Shown here: in pieces, positions 54,299 through 64,000 of the stretch
Position numbering within the stretch: position 1 is the stretch's first letter
Layout: every line of letters starts with the position of its first letter
Source: Eledone cirrhosa
Lineage: Eukaryota
Length of the DNA stretch: 64,000 bases
Direction: 5' to 3'
Assembly (NCBI GenBank): GCA_964016885.1
Contig: OZ024740.1
Coordinates: 353,896,001 to 353,960,000 of the forward strand
Notes under the pieces: model-generated
What the model was told of the DNA's origin: nothing
Databases searched by the model: none
What the model saw: only the letters and a program-made list of their open reading frames with translations
Program-made: the position numbers and the translations under genes

Positions 54299-57200
54299 TT
54301 ACAGATATATACTCAGAGTAGGCCCATTCACTCGGGCCATTCTTGCTTCTCTCACCCATCTTTCAACAAAATGCTGGGAAGAGAGCACTTCCCTCTCTAC
54401 TCTGATTTTCCTTTTCAAATGAAATTTGAAAAAGTCAATCAGAGCATCACCGAAGAGGTAAGTGCTCGTCTTCAGCCCTTTCAAACGTGTCCACCATACT
54501 ATCTCTTTCGCCATGGCCACCAGACAGATAAAAACTGCCTGCCCTTCCCGGCTAAACAAGGAGGGCGGGGCAATCCTCACGATGGACTCAGATGATAGCC
54601 GGATCCGTCCTAAACGCGACAGCAGGGGTTCGACATAAACCCACAAGTCAGCAATTTTCGGACACTGGACGAGTGCGTGCAGGACGGTTTCGTCGACCTG
54701 CGCGCATCTCGGACATGCCCGGCTGACGGCACCTCCATGCCTGTAGAGTTTATCCCGAACTGGCAAGGCTCCTCGGTAGCACTGCCAGGCCAGAGATTTC
54801 TGGAAGTTGTCCATAGGCCCTGGCCCGAAAGTTCTTCCGAAGGGATTGGCTAGTTGATTTTCGTCGACGCCTAGAGTTTCCCCAAGTACGTCGTCGCTCT
54901 TCCCCTCCACTAATCCTCTATAGAACGCTGAGGTGGAGTTTCCACCGATCACATTGCCCGATTGGTCGAGGGCTGTGAGCGCCTGAAGACATTCCAGTCT
55001 CCAGGTGCTCCCTCTCGGTCTTCGCTTGACCCAGGACTGCAGCTCAGTCAAGGAAACGAGCTGGGGAAATACGTGTCTAGCAAACGGCGAGAACACCTGA
55101 TCACCGTCGAGGAAGAGGTGGAGATGTCGTAGCCTGAGCGCGTGCCTACGCATCATCAGCCACGGCATGCCCAGCCCTCCACGTAGCGGGTGTTGACAAC
55201 AGATGGACCGCCTGACCATCGGAGCGCGTCCCTTCCACAAAAGGCGAAAGAGCAAACGCTCCAGCGCAGTCAGGCGAGGCTTAGGACAAGGTACGACGGT
55301 CAGGCGGTAGCAGATGACAGACGCGATGTACGCGTTAGCCACCTCCGCTCGACCTTTCAGGGATAGCTCCCTCTCCGCCCATTTCTGGGTGAGAGAAGCC
55401 ACCCTGCTCGTCACCTCGTCCCAGTTTTTGTCCGTCTGGAGGTCCGGACCGAACCAGACCCCTAGCAATTCAACCGGTCCGTCCGTCCAGCGTCCGACGA
55501 CGCTGTTGGACGGCATGGACCTGCCTCTCCAGGTGCCGAGCTGCAGGCCCACTGACTTTTCCTGGTGGATCATTGCTCCTGTCACCGCTTCGTATTCTCT
55601 TAGTGTAGTGCCGATCGCCTCGATGTGTTTGGCGTTCGACACCACTACGGTGACATCGTCCGCATATGCTGACACGGATCTTCCGCATCCCAGTTCGCGC
55701 GGGACGCCGCTCAACGTCTCCAGTCTGTGCAGTAATGGCTCGAGAGTCAATACGTACAAGAGGGACGAGAGGGGACATCCTTGGCGGACCGAGCGCATGA
55801 TGTTGAACGGTTCCGACAGGTGACCGTTCACTCTCACCACAGAGCAGATGTCGCTGTGCATGGCCGCGATCCAGCCTCTGAAGACGGGCCCAAAGCCAGC
55901 CGCCCTCAGGACTGCCGCTAGGTAACGATGGTCGACCCTATCGAAAGCTTTCGACTGATCTAAATTGATCAAGGACCCACCCGTGTCAGGTTCCCTAGCT
56001 ACCCTCTCTACGATGTATCGCATGAGGTGGAGGTTGTCGTGGATGGATCTGTCGGGAATGGCGCATGTCTGCGCCTCTCCCACCAGACCACCAACGACAA
56101 GCGCCAACCTCTTTGCTAGCACCTTGGCCAAAATCTTGAACTCTGTGTTTAGCAGAGTTTTGGGCCGGAAATTATCTATGTTATCCCCCTTGTTAGGATC
56201 CTTTCTCAGCAGTGCCACCGCTCCTCGGATCACAGAACTGGGAATTCTCCCGTTCTGTTGCCAGTTGCAGTAGACGTCCGCCAAGAGGCCTCCGAACAAG
56301 TCTGGCATCTGTACGTAAAGTTCATAGGGCAGACCATCCAAACCAGGCGATTTACCCCTTGTGCAGCCAGTCATTGCCTCCCTTACTTCAGCGGCTGTTA
56401 TCGGCTTTTCGCAACACTTCGCCTCAGTGGCCGAGAGCCGCGGCAGTCCGTCGAGGTAGACACTAAAGTCCATCCCTCGACCCGGCCCACCGCTGCCCCC
56501 GAACAGCTGAGCGAAGTGTCGCTGAAAAGCTTCACACATTTTCCCGGGATCGAGTAGCATGCGCTCGTCGTGGTCCACCAAAGACCGGAACGGGGCTTTG
56601 TTGCCACGACGCGCCTCCGCCACTCGGGCCCATTGAACGGCTTTCGTCCCCTCGTGTCTGAGAGCACGCACCCTTGCTCTGACAACGCAGCCTTCGTGCT
56701 TTGCATTGAAGAATTGGTCAAGGGCCAATTTCGCCGCAAGCACGTCGGTCGCAATGCCTTTGCTAAGCGCCTCGTCTAATTTTCTAACTAGTTCTCCCTC
56801 TGCTCTATTTTTCTCTATTGCTAAAGCCTTACTAAACCTAATGGATTCTATTCTAATCGCTCTTTTCAGAGCAAATCACCACTTGTTGTTGACGATGGCC
56901 CCCGTCAACGCCCGCTTAACTAGTTCGCTAATCCGGTCTCTGTAGGCCTTGCGCGCTGGTAAGGACGCGTTTAGCTTCCAGTAGCCGGGTCCTCGTCTAT
57001 GAAGCCTATCTAAGTCAAGCACACAGATCACGAATTTGTGGTCTGTGTAGCTGACTATCTTGAATTGTGGACAGCCTATGCTAGACCTATCTATTTCCCT
57101 ACAAAATACTCTATCTAGATATGATCTGGATGACCCTATGCGATTTGTCCAAGTCCACATTGGCACATTCGGGAAATCCAATCGGTACCTGTCAGACAGT

Positions 57201-57724
57201 TCAAAACGCCTAAGCAGGTTGGTGAGGCTCTTGCACCCTCCACCCCTATCCGCTAATCCCACACAGTCCCAGCGTGCATCTAAGATCCCGTTCCAGTCGC
57301 CCACTAACACTAAAGAGCGGGACGTTCCAAGAAAGGTCTCCAGACGCCGGAAGAAATCAGGCCGCCCTGCTCCTGTTGGGGCATAGACGGCCACTAGCCT
57401 GAAAGCTTGCCCGTCTCCGCTGGTCACGTCCAGCACCACCAACTTACCCTCTGGGTCCAGGAAGATGGCCCGTATGGCGAGATCCAAACCTCTCCGAAAA
57501 AGCACAGCAACTCCTCCCCCCCCCCCCGATCCAGGACGGCTGGGAGATGCGTACACATCGTAGCCGCCGAAGATCGGTGCGAAGGCCCGTGCTTCGGAGA
57601 TTCTGGTCTCGCTGATGGCCACTACATCTATGTTTAGTGACCTGAGGTCGTTGAGCAGGTGACCCTGCTTCCATGACGACCCCAAGCCACGCGCATTTAT
57701 GCTGCCTATTCTGAGTGAGGTCAT
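54299..57724 (-). CDS. ORF2 APE-RT, open except one in-frame TGA (56876-56878)
   Basis: INARGLG, AISETR, GDWN, SYLDRV, TDHK; KSPGLDG, DQSKAFDRV, QGCPLS, YADD; CPRC..ETVLHALVQC; ORFs 56876-57724 and 54299-56743 share a frame with no other stop. Confidence 0.9.
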
Positions 57725-57759
57725 GTTTAAAAAAGAGTGGAAAAGATGGGAAAGACCAC

Positions 57760-59824
57760 TTACCGTACTTTTCGTAGAGGAGGGATGGTTTTTACATCCC
57801 TTTTCACTTGATCGTCTGGTGAAGGGACCGTTGAATCGTCCCTTCGGCTGGTCATCGGCTCTTCTATGAGTATGTCCGAATATACTCTTCGGTTGATAGT
57901 TCCTCCTAGGTCTCTGTAATCACGGAATTTCGTTTTAATGTTTGTGTATTGTTTCTGTGCTATTTTTAGCAGTCTTATGTTAGTTGGCGTTTTGATTGGT
58001 GCTGGTATTATGTAGTCGTGCTGTGAAATGTCTGTGTGTTCAATTATGTAAGTCATTAGTTTCTTGTTGTGTGTATTTATTGCCGTGCATTTGTTTTTCT
58101 GGGGGTGGGGTGTGGTTCTGCTATTTTCTTGTCGTTTTTGCTGGGTGTGTGTGTTTTGTTGTTGTGTTTGCGATGTTGGTGCTTGTAGTGGTGGTGTTGA
58201 AGGTGTTGTTGGCGGTGGGGTTGTCGCCGGTGGTGATGGTGGTGCTAGTGTGGGTGGTGATGGTGTTGGTGGTGTTGCTGCTGTGAGTCTCTTTGCAGTA
58301 GACTTTACCCTTTTTTCATTTCTTTCCTCCCTTTTCAAAGGCGACGATGCGCTGCTTCTGCGTTTGTGCCTTCTTACGACCTTTTGCCATCCCTCTCCCA
58401 CCTGACACTCCATGTCTGATTCTGTGAGGTCGGGGAGGGGTACCAGCTCCACTCTTTCACTTGTTGTTGTTGGTGATGTTTGCACTGGAGTCTCTGTTGC
58501 AGCTGCATTTGGTATTGCTGTTGTTGTTGTTAATACTTCCACTGCTGCTGCTGTTTTTGATTTCCGTGGCGTGGGTATGGGTGCCACGGACCTATCGTTC
58601 CTGGTTGCCGCTTGTCCTGTTGCTGGTAGCCGTGGAGCCGGTTTCGGAAGGAGGGGGGTTTTCTCCTTTCTCAGGGTCTTCTCGTTGCAGAAGGCCCTGA
58701 GGTGAGTCTTCGATCCACAGCGAAAGCATTTCGGGCGTTTGCCCTCAACACTTATGGGCAGTTGAGTGCCGTTATCGAAGTCTATCACATCCGGGATAGC
58801 TTCGCTGCACTCCTGGTTGGTTTGGATTAACATCTCAATGGAGGTGCCGACCCAATCTTCTCTTACTTTTTTCTGTACTTGCAGTACAGTTGTTTTGTCC
58901 TCGATTCCGACGAGGACAGACGCGGCCAGCCAAGAAGGGGACATCCCGGGGGGGGACGTGGGTCAGTTTGACCCTCACAATTTTTTGCCCGCAGTAGGAG
59001 GGCACCAACACCATTTCCTCGCTCTTTAGGGTCACTACGGATTGAGCCTTTGCCTCCTGGGCTGTGGCAAAAAGTACGTCTACGGTGGCATATTTCTTGC
59101 CTCGGGTGATGTGCGTTTTCCGCTGCCACACAGACCCCAAGGCTTTTTGTATTTGAGCCTCTGTGGCTCTTTCAACCCTACGGGATTTTGTACTTACTGT
59201 ACGGTACGTGACCGTACAGTGCTGTTGGGTTTCGAAAAATGTTTCCGCTGCCTTGCAGATTGCTCGGTGTCCAGTTTTTGTCACCATCTTCTTCGCTTCC
59301 TCTAATTCCTCATTTGTTATGAGGATTGTTTCCAGGTTCTTCGCGATACCTGCAAACGAGATTGGTTTTTCTTTGCTGCTGTTGTTGTTGTTGTCGTCAG
59401 AGCTGCTGTTACTTTTGTTGTTACTGCAGGTACTACGACTACTGCCGCCGCCGCTGTTGCTGTGGTTGTTGTTGTTGTTGCTGCTGCTGATGCTGTTGCG
59501 GCTGCTACTGTTGTTTTCATTGTCACTGTTGCTGTTGTTATTACGGCTGCTACTGCTATTATTCCTGACGTCAGACGAATGAAATGGGTTTTCGTATTTC
59601 CCGCACACCTGTTTCGTCGTTGTCGTCGTCGTCGTGGAGAAATCTTGCACGCTTTGCACGAGAATTTTCTTTTCTGTCGTCGCTTGCGAAAGAGAAGGGA
59701 GGGAGAGAGACACATTTAAAGAAGGGAGGGAGAGAGACAATCTTCTCTCTGCTGTAGTGACGATTGAGGAAGAAGAAGACGGAATGAGTGGGAGTGACCT
59801 ATGAAAATTCTTTTTCGTAGCCAT
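57760..59824 (-). pseudogene. ORF1 with one frameshift in a C homopolymer (~58950)
   Basis: MATKKNF start, Ser/Asn tract, ISFAGIA, CFRCGSKTHLRAFC knuckle, Pro/Thr-rich tail. Confidence 0.82.
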
Positions 59825-61504
59825 GTTGTTTTTTTTTTTGTTTAAAATAAATATTGGGCACAAAACCCCAAATAACTGCCAAATAACGGGCAGAAAGACC
59901 CCTCTCACGAGGAGGAGGGTGTTTTTGTCTACAAGTTGGTTAAAGTTTTAAACAATTTAAAATTGTTATAGCGTTCAAAATTTACAATACCTTACAGAGC
60001 CGAGCCTCCGTCAACCATAGCATTCAATAATAATAATAATAATAATAATAAGCAGCAAAGAAACAGAAATGAAGTTAAAAAAAAATATAAGAACTAATAT
60101 TTTAGAGAGGCCATTAACTACATTTATTCTTGGTAGTTCTTCGTGCAAACAGTGGAAATGAATAGGGGGGAAAAGAAGATAATTCAATGTATCAGAAGAC
60201 TCTTCGAAGTAATGCCGGAAGTATGAAGTTTGAAGCCTTTGGTTCTGACCTGTTGTGCCAAGTGGTTATATGGAGCACGTTCATTTTCAACTTAATTGAT
60301 GTCATGCTAACAGTACAGCTACTGCTGCAATTAATGAAAGAGGTATTCACACAAACATACGTACACGCAACAACATATGCATAGAGCAACAAATATAAAA
60401 CACATATACGTACAAAAGCATGCTGCTTAAAAGCAATCTAATTTTGAAAGAAAATTGAGTTTATTTCATTTTAATTTAATTTGTTTGTTGTTTTCTTTTC
60501 ATTTTATTATTTGAGTGATAAATACAAACGGAAATAAGAAAATTAAAGCTCTGTCGCGTAAGCGTTATTGTTTGGTTGAGGTCGAATTGAGAATTTAGAA
60601 CTTCAGGCAAGCTTGACAATCAACAATTTATAATTAAGAATAATTTCACTGGACTCTATATACCACAAAGATGTTTATGCGAAGTAATTTCTAGTTACCA
60701 CGTCCATAAGTTTACCAGATCATTGCAGGTGTAATCAAAGCGAAGAGGCGATTTTTTCGCTGAAAGTTTACCCCAAATATTGACTATTTTAAAATAACAT
60801 ATTACTTTATTTGTTTCGCTGGATTCAGTTTTCCTAGAACCAATTTTATAAACATTAAAATATTATTACTAAATTAAAAAAACAACAAGTCAATAAACAT
60901 GAATAAGAAATAAAAATGAAAATAGATACTACACACAATTTCAATTACCGGTTACAGCTGTATAAAATAAATAGTTATAACTGTACAATATACTTGAGAT
61001 TTAAAGTATAATACTAAATATTTGTTTTTAATTGATGCCTGTTAATGGTTAGAGGGAAGTAATATGTTGAATTGTTGTAAACGATCAAAATAGCTGGGAG
61101 GAGCGTTATAATTGTCTCTAAAGACTTCTTATCCCAAATATTGTTAATTATAACTTTTAACCACAAATTTCACCACAAACAATCCCAATAATATTATTGT
61201 GTCTAGACAGTTAAATCTACTAAACTTCTTTAAAGAAAACTACCAACGAAACTGAACACTGAATGGTGTATGCCTTTCTCCAGGGAAATATATTTAGTAT
61301 CAACTTTAAGGCGAGTGTAATTAAATGGTGCCAGACAAAGATTGAACATATTTAGAAGGAATGACCATTGTAGATAAACTAATACACATACATCAACGTC
61401 AGTACGATGTTTCAGGTAGTTCCTGTTAGTTTATCAGATATCTTTATCTGAAATGCAATCTTAAGTCGCATGAGAACATGACATAAAAGTGCGAACGACT
61501 ATCA

Positions 61505-62430
<926 letters not shown>

Positions 62431-63065
62431 TATATATATAAAAACAAAATTATCTGTCACTAATATACTTGGACATCTCAACGAAAAAATGGGCATCAAA
62501 TCAGAGAAGCATTTAAACATAGTTTATCGAATGCCAAAACATCCATTCTGTTTGATATTTGCTGCACCTTGAGTATTGAGTTAAAATAGACGAGTATAAT
62601 TGGATGCTATTTCTAGCGTCAATACGAATCCGTCATATTTTCCTGATACAATCCATAGTCATTTTGTGTTCGAACGAGGGACGTATTATTGACACCACGC
62701 TGTTTCAAGAAGGACGAGATCCGTATACTATCTATTGAATATTTTCATACTTCCAAATAATCCCCCTGATAAAGGAATTGTCTTAAGTTGGGAAGAAAAT
62801 TAATATTGTTTCCTAATTTCAGTAACTGCAGATAGGGAGACGATATAGCAAAAATATGTAAAACATTCCAAAACTTCTGCATCTAAAAACTGCATATGCG
62901 CATGCACACATATAACTCAAAACATACACATCCAGACATACAATAACATCCATACATATCTACCTAGTTGATATTGTGTAAATTCCAATGAAAGAGTTTT
63001 GTATCTACGTTAGAAACCAACTGTCTCTATTGGTAAACATTTGTAGAATTATAAAACCAGAAGAA

Positions 63066-63217
63066 CATACATACATACATACACACATACATACATACAT
63101 ACATACATACATACATACATACATACATACATACATACATACATACATACATACATACATACATACATACATACATACATACATACATACATACATACAT
63201 ACATACATACATACATA
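63066..63217. repeat. (CATA)n microsatellite
   Basis: Seen directly. Confidence 0.95.
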
Positions 63218-64000
63218 CGTACGTACTTATGTATATCAGATAAACGAAGTAATGAAGATTAACGATTAATTTCTGTTTCATAACCTTCGAAATTTAGTAA
63301 AGACAGGTCAAAGTAATGTAATACCTTACATTTATATATCAAAATGTCTCCATGTTGAATATTTCCTTCAGACTTGGTGTTGTCGGATCGCATCATTGTA
63401 TTTACGCTTCGTTTAAGATTTAAAGACAGCGAGTTTATTTCTCTCATTTTTATTTCATATGTTATTTGTGTGTTTGCTGTTAGACTCGTATACTTATTTA
63501 TCTCGTATATTTTTTCGATATATTGAAAATATGAAGGCATATTTATGTTTACCAATCAAACATATTTATCTTACGGAAATATATTAAAACGCTGTTATTT
63601 ATAGTGTTTTACGTTTCACGATCAATGTTATCTACTAAGCGTTGAGGAAACATACTCAGTACTAGGGAAAATAAATAGACATTGTTGTGAAACCTTATTA
63701 TTTCTCTCATTCAACATAGTGAGTTATCAAAATAATTGGTGCCCCTCCTTTTCTATTTAATGTATTTGCATGATTGGTAGCGAACTTCTTTGTATGTCCT
63801 TACTTAAATTAGGAAATCTATTTTTTACTACTGGGCAAAATAAATGTTTCATATTTTTAATATGTAAAATGTTGCTCTTTAACAATTAACTTGGGGATTG
63901 TATGCGGCTCAAAGATAATTGATATCGCGTATGCTCATATAACTATGCATTATATTTAAAAGGAAATTACTTGAAAAATGAAATTTATTAAAATGCTTTC

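Larger units (their letters stand above)
54049..60025 (-). mobile_element. Full-length, young Tx1/L1-clade LINE flanked by (ATT)n
   Basis: 5' UTR, ORF1, ORF2, 3' UTR with AATAAA; microsatellite on both sides. Confidence 0.92.

Overview
AT-rich, microsatellite-dense animal DNA, almost entirely repeats; the SINE family and repeat texture suggest an octopod cephalopod (inference). No host gene can be called with confidence. Contents: (i) Penelope-like retroelements (PLEs; two Naiad-like RT+GIY-YIG copies, one decayed copy); (ii) about 13 well-formed type I hammerhead ribozyme (HHR) motifs from at least 6 sequence families, read by eye, including two non-coding tandem arrays (438-nt and 475-501-nt monomers, one HHR per monomer) that look like non-LTR retrozymes and each contain a fold-back inversion; (iii) a chain of (TAA/ATT)n-associated non-LTR retrotransposons: Tx1/L1 elements and R4/Dong-type RLE elements joined tail-to-tail twice, one Dong copy being an in-frame RT-less endonuclease fusion; (iv) many tRNA-derived SINEs, MITEs, RTE fragments and a 3.6-kb (TA)n/(CATA)n tract. 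Most ORFs in the supplied track are microsatellite translations or antisense shadows. All RNA structures were paired manually and not folded computationally.
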